The notes beneath the pieces were generated by a model. The model was not told the DNA's origin, searched no databases, and saw nothing but the letters and a program-made list of their open reading frames with translations. 24,000 nt of DNA from assembly GCF_003815015.1 (NCBI RefSeq), contig NZ_RKRE01000001.1, forward strand, positions 46,460 through 70,459, given 5' to 3'. This document shows, piece by piece, positions 7,518 through 15,159 of this stretch (its first letter is position 1; each line of letters starts with the position of its first letter). The position numbers and the translations under genes were made by a program. Origin of the DNA: Thermodesulfitimonas autotrophica. Its GTDB lineage: Bacteria; Bacillota; Desulfotomaculia; Desulfotomaculales; Ammonificaceae.

Positions 7518-9540
7518 TCAGATCACCCCCGCTGAAAGTTAGGGCCTCAATTTGGGCTTCGATCTGCGCCGTGGTGAAACCGTGTAGCGTGATCGCCCGA
7601 GAGGGGCAAGCCGCCGCACAAACGCCGCAGCCGGCGCAGAGGGCTGGGTCAATCTTGGCCCGCAGCTTATCACCGTGTTGCACCATGCCGATGGCCGAAT
7701 AGGGGCAGAGCGGGACGCAGAGACCGCAGCCACTGCACTTTTCGGCGTCGATTTCGGAGATAAGCGGTTCAACAAGCACCTTTCCTGCGGTGAGCGGTAC
7801 CGCGGCCGCCGCGGCTGCCGCGCGCGCCTGCGAGACCGATTCGGGGATGTCTTTAGGGCCCTGCGCGCACCCGGCGATGTAGATGCCCTTTACCGGAGTT
7901 TCCACCGGGTAGAGCTTGGTGTGGACTTCTTTCAAGAAGCCTTCGCTGCCGCAGGTGATTCCGAGCCGGCGGCCAAGTTCCTCAAGCCCCGGCGACGGTT
8001 CGATGGCGGTGGCGAGAACCACCAGGTCCGCCTCGAGTTCTACGGGCGCGGCCATATCGACGTCGTAGGCGCGCACGCGTAATCTGTCACCGGCGAGTTC
8101 GTCCACAGCACCCACGCGGCCCCGCACAATCTTAATCCCCAGGTCACGGCAGTAAGTGTAGTATTCTTCAAAGTCTTTGCCGCCGGTCCGCACGTCGATG
8201 AAGAAGATGTAGACGTTCGTTTCCGGGTATTTCTCTTTGATGAGCCGGGCCTCTTTCAGCATGTACATACAGCAGACCTTAGAGCAGTACGGATGGTGGT
8301 TCTTATCCCGGCTGCCGACGCAGGAGATAAAGGCCACCGTCTTGGGCTTTTTCCCGTCTGAGGGGCGCTTGAATTCGCCTTCGGTTGGTCCGGTCGCCGA
8401 AAGGAGACGCTCGAGTTGCATGGCGGTGAGCACGTTAGGCGACTGGGGGGAGTATTCTTTGAAAGGAGCCTTGTCCATGACTTTGTAGCCGGTGGCGACG
8501 ATGATCGTGCCTACGTTAAGCTCAATGATCTCCCCGTCGGGGTTATATGATAGCGAGCGGTCGCAGGCGCCCGTGGGGCAGGCCTTCTCACACGGTGCGA
8601 GGATGGGCTCTCCGGTCTTAGAATGGATGCGCGGTTGGGTACCGAAGGTCCGCTTCGCGCAGTTGAGGCAGTGGGCGATGTCGACGACCGCCTTCTTGGG
8701 CACCGCCTGCGGGAACTCGATGTAGATCGCCTTCCGGTTGCTCATGCCCTCGTTGAACTCGTCGGGCACTTTGGCCGGGCAGGCTTCGACGCAGGCACCG
8801 CAGCCGGTGCATTTATCCCATTCAATGTAGGTCTGCCTTCTTCTTACCTTAACCCTGAAATTACCGATGGAACCGTCAACCGCTTCGACTTCCGAGTAGG
8901 TGAGCAGCGTGATATTCGGGTGCGTGCCCACCTGAACCATGACGGGGGTAAGGATGCAGGCGGAGCAGTCGTTGGTCGGAAAGGTTTTGTCAAGCTTGGC
9001 CATGTTGCCGCCGATGGAGGGCTTTTTCTCCACGAGGTAAACCTTGTAGCCCATATTGGCCAAGTCAAGGGCGGCAAACATGCCGGCCACTCCCCCGCCG
9101 ACGACGAGAGCCGCCTTCGTCACGTCCACGTAACGGTCGGTGAGCGGCTCCAAAAGGGCGGCCTTCGCTACGGCGCTGGCAATGAGCTTTTTGGCCTTCT
9201 CCGTAGCGCCCTGCTTATCGTGCCAGTGGGCCCAGCTGTCCTGATCCCGGATATTGGCCATTTCGAAGAGGTACCGGTTAAGTCCGGCGTCTTCGACGGC
9301 CTTGCGGAAAATCGGCTCGTGGGTGCGGGGAGTGCAGGCGGCTACCACGACCCGGTCGACAAGGCCGTCTTTGATATCCTGCTTGATTAGGTCCTGACCC
9401 GGGTCGGAGCACATGAAAAGATAGTCGCGCACGAGCGCAACCCCTGGAAGGCCACCGGCATACTTCTTGACTTCGGCGATGTCAACAGCACCGGCGATGT
9501 TTTCGCCGCAGTGGCAGATGTAAACGCCTATTTTCGACAA
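7510..9540 (-). CDS. hdrA: Heterodisulfide reductase subunit A (FAD plus multiple [4Fe-4S]; electron-bifurcating flavoprotein)
   Basis: 676 aa. Dinucleotide fold ALVVGGGVAGMFAALDLANMGYKVYLVEK. Inserted ferredoxin domain CTGCGACVEACP and C-terminal CSGCGLCVPLCP and CAGCGVCAAACP. N-terminal Cys-containing domain (VYICHCG). TTG start with AAGGAGGG 6 nt upstream. Confidence 0.9.
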   Translation of the reverse strand: MSKIGVYICHCGENIAGAVDIAEVKKYAGGLPGVALVRDYLFMCSDPGQDLIKQDIKDGLVDRVVVAACTPRTHEPIFRKAVEDAGLNRYLFEMANIRDQDSWAHWHDKQGATEKAKKLIASAVAKAALLEPLTDRYVDVTKAALVVGGGVAGMFAALDLANMGYKVYLVEKKPSIGGNMAKLDKTFPTNDCSACILTPVMVQVGTHPNITLLTYSEVEAVDGSIGNFRVKVRRRQTYIEWDKCTGCGACVEACPAKVPDEFNEGMSNRKAIYIEFPQAVPKKAVVDIAHCLNCAKRTFGTQPRIHSKTGEPILAPCEKACPTGACDRSLSYNPDGEIIELNVGTIIVATGYKVMDKAPFKEYSPQSPNVLTAMQLERLLSATGPTEGEFKRPSDGKKPKTVAFISCVGSRDKNHHPYCSKVCCMYMLKEARLIKEKYPETNVYIFFIDVRTGGKDFEEYYTYCRDLGIKIVRGRVGAVDELAGDRLRVRAYDVDMAAPVELEADLVVLATAIEPSPGLEELGRRLGITCGSEGFLKEVHTKLYPVETPVKGIYIAGCAQGPKDIPESVSQARAAAAAAAVPLTAGKVLVEPLISEIDAEKCSGCGLCVPLCPYSAIGMVQHGDKLRAKIDPALCAGCGVCAAACPSRAITLHGFTTAQIEAQIEALTFSGGDLNV

Positions 9541-9991
9541 CCCGATCCCTCCTTCGAGTTAACGGTTCTATGCCTCGACTCGTTCTTCCTATCTCCTCTT
9601 GGTGTCCTGAGCGCTATTTACCGATCGAGATAAATGCCCGGACCAGCCCCCTTTCGCCAGTATGTACGCGCAGGACCGCCGCCCTTGTAGAAACGGAGTA
9701 ACGCCGCCTGCGAACCCGGTTGGTAAGGATACGGAAATTCAGGCGGACGCACCTTGCCCCGATTACGTGCGCCTGCGAAAATTTCGACAGCGATCAGACA
9801 AAATCCTTCTTTTTTACTAAAAAAATGACATCCACTCGCGGCAAAAATCCTCTTAGCGAAGGCGCAGGAGGTTACGGCGCCTCTCAGGGCTGCTGCGCGA
9901 GCTCGTTGGTAAAGCGCCCGGCCGGATGCGGCGGCTGCGGGAGGCCGAAACGCTTGCCGAAACGTTTATTGTATACTTGAGCTGCCACTGT

Positions 9992-10020
9992 TTCCAACGC
10001 TCCGCCCTTTGCATTATAAT
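9992..10020 (+). promoter_or_regulatory. Candidate sigma-A-type promoter for the carboxylase operon
   Basis: Perfect TATAAT at 10015-10020. Weak -35 TTCCAA at 9992-9997 with a 17-nt spacer. About 60 nt upstream of the preferred start at 10079. Confidence 0.4.
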
Positions 10021-10078
10021 TATCACCAGGTTTTAAGCGCCCTTTATTTTGCGTTTTTGTTTGGGATGGGGGGATACG

Positions 10079-11917
10079 ATGCGTCCGGTGCGGATTACGG
10101 ACACGACCTTGCGGGACGGGCACCAGAGCCTGTGGGCGACCCGGATGCGGACGGAGGATATGCTGCCGATTGTGGAGCGACTCGACCGGGTCGGTTACCA
10201 CTCGCTCGAGGTGTGGGGCGGGGCGACCTTTGATGTCTGTCTCCGCTATCTTTACGAGGATCCGTGGGAGCGGTTACGGGAGATTAAAAAACGCGCTAAG
10301 CGCACACCGCTGCAGATGCTCTTGCGGGGTCAGTCGCTTGTCGGTTACGGTCACTACCCGGACGATGTGGCGGCGGCCTTCGTCCGGAAAGCGGTGGAAA
10401 ACGGGATCGACATCATCAGGATCTTCGATGCTTTAAACGATATCCGGAACCTTGAGTTTACGATGAAGGTGGCGAAAAAGGCCGGCGCGCACGTTCAGGC
10501 TACGGTTGTTTACACCTTGAGCCCGGTGCACACCACTGAACATTACTTAGAGACGGCGCGGAAGCTTGCGGAGTTGGGTGCGGATTCGATCTGCATCAAG
10601 GATATGGCCGGGATGATGGCGCCCTACCGGGCTTACGAATTAGTTAGTCTTTTTAAGAAGGAGCTTGCCATCCCGGTCCAGCTCCACTGCCACTATATCG
10701 GCGGCATGGCCGTTGGCGCTTACCTGAAGGCGGCGGAGGCGGGTGTCGACGTGATCGATACGGCCTCAGTGCCACTGGCTTTTGGGGCTTCGCAGCCGCC
10801 GGTAGAGACGATAGTCCGGGCGCTCAAAGGCACGCCTTACGATACGGGGCTCGACATCAAGGAACTCTTCGAAATCGCGCAGTACTTTGAGGATTTGCGC
10901 AAAAAGCGGGGCTTTGAGCGGGGGGTAACGCGCATCCACGACATGCGGGTTTTCGATCACCAGGTACCGGGCGGCATGATCTCCAACCTGGTGACCCAGC
11001 TCCAAGAGCAGAAGGCGATCCACAGACTGCAGGAGGTTCTCGAAGAGATCCCGCGGGTGCGGGCGGAGCTTGGCTACCCACCGTTAGTTACGCCTACGAG
11101 CCAGATCGTCGGCACGCAGGCGGTGCTGAACGTCCTCACCGGGGAGCGCTACAAGCTTGTTCCCGAGGAGGTGCGGCGCTATGTCCAGGGATATTACGGC
11201 CGGCCCCCGGCGCCCATCGACCCCGAGGTACAAAAGAGGATCCTCGGCGACCGGGAGCCGATTACCTGCCGGCCGGCCGATTTGCTGGAACCGAAACTGG
11301 AAAAACTAAGGGAAGAGATCGGGGATTTGGCACAATCGGAAGAGGACGTTATTTCGTACGCGCTTTTCCCCCAGGTGGCGCGGCGCTTCTTCGAGGCGCG
11401 CAAGGCGGGGAAACTCGGGGTCATGGCCGAACAGATGTCGGAGAAGAAAGGGGCAAATCCCGTGAAGGAGGCAAAAGGAATGAAGTTGGAGGAGATTCGG
11501 GAACTCCTGAAGCTCCTGAAAGAAAGCGACGTGACGGAGTTTTCGCTCGAAAGCGCGGGGATGAAGCTCACCATTCGCAAGGGCAGCCATCCGAGTAGCG
11601 CTGGGGAGGCGCCAGCGCGGCCGGAGGCGCCGCCACCGGTTGCGGCAGCACCTCCGGCGGCGCCGCAAGAAGAGCTTTACACGGTTAAGGCGCCGATGGT
11701 CGGGACTTTTTACCGGGCGCCGGCGCCGGATGCGCCGCCTTACGTGCAGGTGGGTGACAGGGTGGAAAAGGGACAGGTTCTCTGCATCATTGAAGCGATG
11801 AAGCTGATGAACGAGATCGAGGCGGAGGTTGCCGGTGAGATCGTCGACATCCTGGTGGAGAATGCCCAGCCGGTGGAGTACGGGCAGCCCCTCTTCTTGA
11901 TCCGGGAGAAAAAGTAA
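10079..11917 (+). CDS. pycB: Pyruvate carboxylase subunit B / oxaloacetate decarboxylase alpha-type carboxyltransferase joined in frame to a complete AccB-like biotin carboxyl carrier protein
   Basis: N-terminus [19 protein letters not shown]...EVWGGATFD is the 5S/PycB/OadA carboxyltransferase signature. The C-terminal 146 aa look like full-length AccB: [21 protein letters not shown], a Pro/Ala linker, then [10 protein letters not shown]...[11 protein letters not shown]. The ORF track starts at TTG 10049; I prefer ATG 10079 because GGGGGGA precedes it. Confidence 0.85.
   Translation: MRPVRITDTTLRDGHQSLWATRMRTEDMLPIVERLDRVGYHSLEVWGGATFDVCLRYLYEDPWERLREIKKRAKRTPLQMLLRGQSLVGYGHYPDDVAAAFVRKAVENGIDIIRIFDALNDIRNLEFTMKVAKKAGAHVQATVVYTLSPVHTTEHYLETARKLAELGADSICIKDMAGMMAPYRAYELVSLFKKELAIPVQLHCHYIGGMAVGAYLKAAEAGVDVIDTASVPLAFGASQPPVETIVRALKGTPYDTGLDIKELFEIAQYFEDLRKKRGFERGVTRIHDMRVFDHQVPGGMISNLVTQLQEQKAIHRLQEVLEEIPRVRAELGYPPLVTPTSQIVGTQAVLNVLTGERYKLVPEEVRRYVQGYYGRPPAPIDPEVQKRILGDREPITCRPADLLEPKLEKLREEIGDLAQSEEDVISYALFPQVARRFFEARKAGKLGVMAEQMSEKKGANPVKEAKGMKLEEIRELLKLLKESDVTEFSLESAGMKLTIRKGSHPSSAGEAPARPEAPPPVAAAPPAAPQEELYTVKAPMVGTFYRAPAPDAPPYVQVGDRVEKGQVLCIIEAMKLMNEIEAEVAGEIVDILVENAQPVEYGQPLFLIREKK
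11480..11917 (+). other. accB: Embedded AccB-like BCCP module with its own Shine-Dalgarno and ATG (possible internal translation start)
   Basis: GAAGGAGG at 11464-11471, then 8 nt, then an in-frame ATG at 11480. From that Met the product resembles a complete AccB: N-terminal helical domain, P/A-rich linker, and biotinyl domain with the [11 protein letters not shown] biotinylation motif. Confidence 0.5.
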
Positions 11918-11938
11918 GTCTTTAGTGGAGGAGCCTTC

Positions 11939-13303
11939 ATGTTCAATAAGATTCTGATTGCCAACCGGGGTGAGATTGCGCTCCGGATCATCCGGGCCTG
12001 CAAGGAACTTGGCATCAAAACGGTGGTTGTTTACTCGGAGGCGGACAGGGAGAGCCTACCGGTGCGGTTAGCGGACGAGGCCTTCTGCATCGGGCCGCCG
12101 CCGGCGACAAAGAGCTACCTCAATATCGCCAACATCGTCAGCGTTGCCGAGGTTGCGGGGGCCGAGGCGATACATCCGGGATATGGTTTTTTAGCGGAGA
12201 ACGCCAGTTTTGCGGAAATCTGCCTTAATTGCGGGATAACCTTTATCGGGCCGCCCGTCGTGGCGCTCGAGAAGATGGGGGCCAAGGCGGTAGCCCGGAA
12301 AACGGTGGCGGAGGCCGGCGTTCCGGTAGTGCCGGGGTCGGAAGGGGTGATTCGGGATCCGGCAGACGCGCTCGCCCTCGCCAGGGAGATCGGCTATCCG
12401 GTGCTTATCAAGGCTTCGGCCGGCGGGGGCGGCCGCGGGATGCGGGTCGTGCATAACCAGGCGGAGCTCGAAAGGGCGCTGAAGTCGGCGCAAGCAGAGG
12501 CGGAAGCCGCTTTCGGGAACCAGGAGGTTTACCTGGAAAAATATGTCGAGGAGCCGCGCCACATCGAGTTTCAGGTTTTAGGTGACCAACAAGGGAACAT
12601 CGTCTATTTGGGCGAGCGGGACTGCTCCATCCAGCGGCGCAACCAGAAACTTCTGGAAGAAGCGCCTTCCGTAGCGCTGACGCCGGCTCTGCGCAAGAAA
12701 ATGGGGGAGGCCGCGGTGCGGGCAGCGCGGGCCGTGGGTTACTATAGCGCCGGGACGGTCGAGTTTCTGCTCGACAAGCATAACAATTTTTATTTCATCG
12801 AGATGAATACGCGGATTCAGGTCGAACACCCGGTCACCGAGATGGTCACCGGGCGGGACCTGGTTAAGGAGCAGATCCGGATTGCGGCGGGTGAACCCTT
12901 GGGTTACCGGCAGGCGGACATCCGGATCGAGGGCTGGGCGATCGAGTGCCGGATCAACGCGGAGGATCCGGCGCGGAACTTTGCGCCCTGTCCCGGGAGG
13001 GTCGCTACCTACCTGCCGCCGGGCGGGCCGGGCGTGCGGGTCGATTCCGCCGTCTATCCCGGCTACGTGATCCCGCCTTACTACGATTCACTTATTGCCA
13101 AGCTGATCGCCTGGGGCCGGAACCGCGAAGAGGCGATCGCGCGGATGGAGCGCGCCCTCGAGGAGTTCGTCATCGAGGGAGTGCCTACGACGATCCCCTT
13201 TCACCGGCGGGTGTTACAAAACGCCTTTTTCCGCCGGGGCGAGGTTTATACCAACTTTGTCCAGCGTCGCATTTTGACGGATGAAGAATTAAAGTTGCCT
13301 TAG
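11939..13303 (+). CDS. accC: Biotin carboxylase (AccC / pyruvate carboxylase subunit A)
   Basis: [26 protein letters not shown]..., ATP-grasp motifs ([32 protein letters not shown]). RBS GGAGGAG upstream. Confidence 0.92.
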   Translation: MFNKILIANRGEIALRIIRACKELGIKTVVVYSEADRESLPVRLADEAFCIGPPPATKSYLNIANIVSVAEVAGAEAIHPGYGFLAENASFAEICLNCGITFIGPPVVALEKMGAKAVARKTVAEAGVPVVPGSEGVIRDPADALALAREIGYPVLIKASAGGGGRGMRVVHNQAELERALKSAQAEAEAAFGNQEVYLEKYVEEPRHIEFQVLGDQQGNIVYLGERDCSIQRRNQKLLEEAPSVALTPALRKKMGEAAVRAARAVGYYSAGTVEFLLDKHNNFYFIEMNTRIQVEHPVTEMVTGRDLVKEQIRIAAGEPLGYRQADIRIEGWAIECRINAEDPARNFAPCPGRVATYLPPGGPGVRVDSAVYPGYVIPPYYDSLIAKLIAWGRNREEAIARMERALEEFVIEGVPTTIPFHRRVLQNAFFRRGEVYTNFVQRRILTDEELKLP

Positions 13304-13349
13304 AGGGAAAAATTTAGTATGATAAAAGTAACCTAAGGAGGTGGTCGCT

Positions 13350-13751
13350 TTGACGGCCGTTGAAACTGGCGGGCAGGAGTTACGTAGCGACCTGGGGGCG
13401 GTAAGGATCGCAAACGAAGTGGTAGGTATCATTGCGGGTCTTGCGGCGACGGAGGTTCCGGGGATTGCCGGGATGAGCGGTGGTATCGCGGGCGGCATCG
13501 CGGAGCTCTTGGGGCGCAAGAATCTCGCCAAGGGCGTGAAGGTAGAAGTTGGGGAGCGGGAGGCCGCTATTGACCTTTTCGTGGTCGTCGACTACGGGGT
13601 GCGGATCGCGGAAGTGGCTGCCCAGGTTCAGGCGGCGGTGAAGCGCGCGGTTGAGGAGATGACCGGGCTTGCTGTCGTAGAGGTAAACGTACATGTTCAG
13701 GGCGTGGTTTTCCCCGAGGAGCATAAGGAAGAGGAACGCAGGGTGAGATAA
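13350..13751 (+). CDS. Asp23/Gls24-family envelope stress protein (YqhY-like)
   Basis: GAVRIANEVVGIIAGLAATEVPGIAGM...VEVGEREAAIDLFVVVDYGVRIAEVAAQVQAAVKRAVEEMTGL is the typical Asp23 pattern. AAGGAGGTG overlaps the track start at 13341, so the TTG at 13350 is preferred. Confidence 0.8.
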   Translation: MTAVETGGQELRSDLGAVRIANEVVGIIAGLAATEVPGIAGMSGGIAGGIAELLGRKNLAKGVKVEVGEREAAIDLFVVVDYGVRIAEVAAQVQAAVKRAVEEMTGLAVVEVNVHVQGVVFPEEHKEEERRVR

Positions 13752-13860
13752 AGTAGCAGGAAGTTAGGCCTCAGGGGACAGAGGTGCGGGGTTGGGGGTC
13801 AAGGGCCGGAACTTGGTTGGGGTTTTTCGCTGCGGCACGGTTGTTGTCTTTTATAACGCC

Positions 13861-13890
13861 GAACGTTGAACGTGTTAAACGACGCACGTT
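13861..13890 (+). repeat. ACGTT-repeat leader element upstream of the amaP-like gene
   Basis: GAACGTTGAACGTGTTAAACGACGCACGTT, followed by ttcaGGGAGTGGtatgatTTG. It resembles the element at 2935-2956 when that one is read in its own gene sense. Confidence 0.5.
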
Positions 13891-13908
13891 TTCAGGGAGT
13901 GGTATGAT

Positions 13909-14445
13909 TTGGGACCGTTTGATCGCGGTCTCTTATTGCTTTATAGCTTGGCCACCAGTGTTTTTTGGGGCGCCTTTCTCCTCGCCCTTCTAGGATGGCG
14001 GCCGGTGCTTGACGCCACGGCGGCAGTCTTTGCGCCGGAGCGGCGGGAGATAGTCTTCGCCGGGCTTGCTGTCCTGATCGTTGCGGGGCTCCGGCTGATT
14101 TACGCCAGCGTGAAACCCGGGCGCCGGCACGACAAGGTGGCCCTCATCGAGGAAAACTCCATCGGCCAGGTGCAGGTAGCCTTAGGGGCGATCGAAAACC
14201 TGGTAACGCGTGTGGTGAGTGCTTTTCCGGGAATAAGGGAAGTGCGGCCGCGGGTCGTCACGGTGCCCGAGGGAGTTGTAATCCAAGTCAGGCTGGTTAC
14301 CACCCCGGGGCTTAAAATCCCCGAGGTTTCCCAGGAGATTCAGCGACAGGTCAAGGAGACGGTCCGGGAAGTCACCGGAATTGCGGTGCAGAACGTCCGC
14401 GTTCTCGTCGACAACATCACGGCTGTCAAACCGCGGGTCGAGTAA
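13909..14445 (+). CDS. amaP: Alkaline-shock-response membrane anchor protein AmaP-like
   Basis: Two N-terminal hydrophobic helices followed by an Asp23-like soluble domain (IGQVQVALGAIENLVTRVV...VTGIAVQNVRVLVDNI). Position after asp23 matches the asp23-amaP-DUF2273 module. TTG start with GGAGTGG upstream. Confidence 0.65.
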   Translation: MGPFDRGLLLLYSLATSVFWGAFLLALLGWRPVLDATAAVFAPERREIVFAGLAVLIVAGLRLIYASVKPGRRHDKVALIEENSIGQVQVALGAIENLVTRVVSAFPGIREVRPRVVTVPEGVVIQVRLVTTPGLKIPEVSQEIQRQVKETVREVTGIAVQNVRVLVDNITAVKPRVE

Positions 14446-14461
14446 AAGCGGGGGGTTAAGG

Positions 14462-14671
14462 GTGGACTACCGGGAGTTTTTCGAGCACCACCGGGGAAAA
14501 ATCATCGGCGTGGCCCTGGGCCTCGCTTTTGGCTGGTTTGCGATAGTTTACGGTTTCTGGAAGGCCGTTTTTGTTGCGGTCTGCGTGGGAATCGGCTATT
14601 ACGTGGGCAAGCGGGTCGACGAGCGGATCGATTTTGCTCACGTTTGGGACCGGCTTTTCCGGGAAAAGTAG
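14462..14671 (+). CDS. Small integral membrane protein (DUF2273-like)
   Basis: 69 aa with two hydrophobic segments (IIGVALGLAFGWFAIVYGFWKAVFVAVCVGIGYYVG). GTG start at 14462 preceded by a GGGGGG run. Conserved position between amaP and nusB. Confidence 0.55.
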   Translation: MDYREFFEHHRGKIIGVALGLAFGWFAIVYGFWKAVFVAVCVGIGYYVGKRVDERIDFAHVWDRLFREK

Positions 14672-14680
14672 GAGGCTTAC

Positions 14681-15103
14681 ATGGGCCGGCGCAGGGCAAG
14701 GGAAGCGGCCTTTATGGTTCTTTTTGAGGTTGACTTCGGGCAGGCTGAGGTAGAAGCCGTTTTTGCCCGGGCGATGGCGGAGCGGGGAGTGGAGGGCCCC
14801 GACCGGGATTTTGCCCGCGACATGGTTTGGGGAACGTTGCGGTACCGGGAGCGGATCGACGCTATCATTAAGGAGCTGAGCCGCGACTGGCGCATCGAAC
14901 GGATGAATAGCGTGGACCGGAACGTGATGCGGCTGGCGCTTTACGAGCTGCTTTACCGGGAGGATATCCCCCCCAACGTGGCCATCAACGAGGCGGTAGA
15001 ATTAGTTAAACGCTACGGCGGCGCCGACTCGCCGCGCTTTGTTAACGGGATTTTAGGCAAGGTGGCGGAAAATCTTGCTGCGTACAGAGCGGCGGGGGGT
15101 TAG
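14681..15103 (+). CDS. nusB: Transcription antitermination factor NusB
   Basis: RRRAREAAFMVLFEVDF..., ...DRNVMRLALYELLYREDIPPNVAINEAVELVKRYGGADSPRFVNGILG is the canonical NusB pattern. Confidence 0.92.
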   Translation: MGRRRAREAAFMVLFEVDFGQAEVEAVFARAMAERGVEGPDRDFARDMVWGTLRYRERIDAIIKELSRDWRIERMNSVDRNVMRLALYELLYREDIPPNVAINEAVELVKRYGGADSPRFVNGILGKVAENLAAYRAAGG

Positions 15104-15159
15104 GGGTTCAACGTTCGGGCTTAAGGGATGGACTGAAAAATGTTAAAGGCGGTTGCCTG

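Noticed and set aside
9720-10201. ORFs 9720-9980 (+, 86 aa) and 9884-10201 (-, 105 aa) in the divergent intergenic region.
   Set aside because: No SD sequences. The products are Cys/Gly/Arg- or Pro/His-rich and implausible. The minus-strand ORF runs antisense into the carboxyltransferase gene. I treat the region as regulatory DNA.
13784-13993. 69-aa ORF overlapping the start of the amaP-like gene in another frame.
   Set aside because: No RBS and no recognisable family. The overlapping TTG-initiated frame (13909-14445) has an SD and an AmaP-like architecture.
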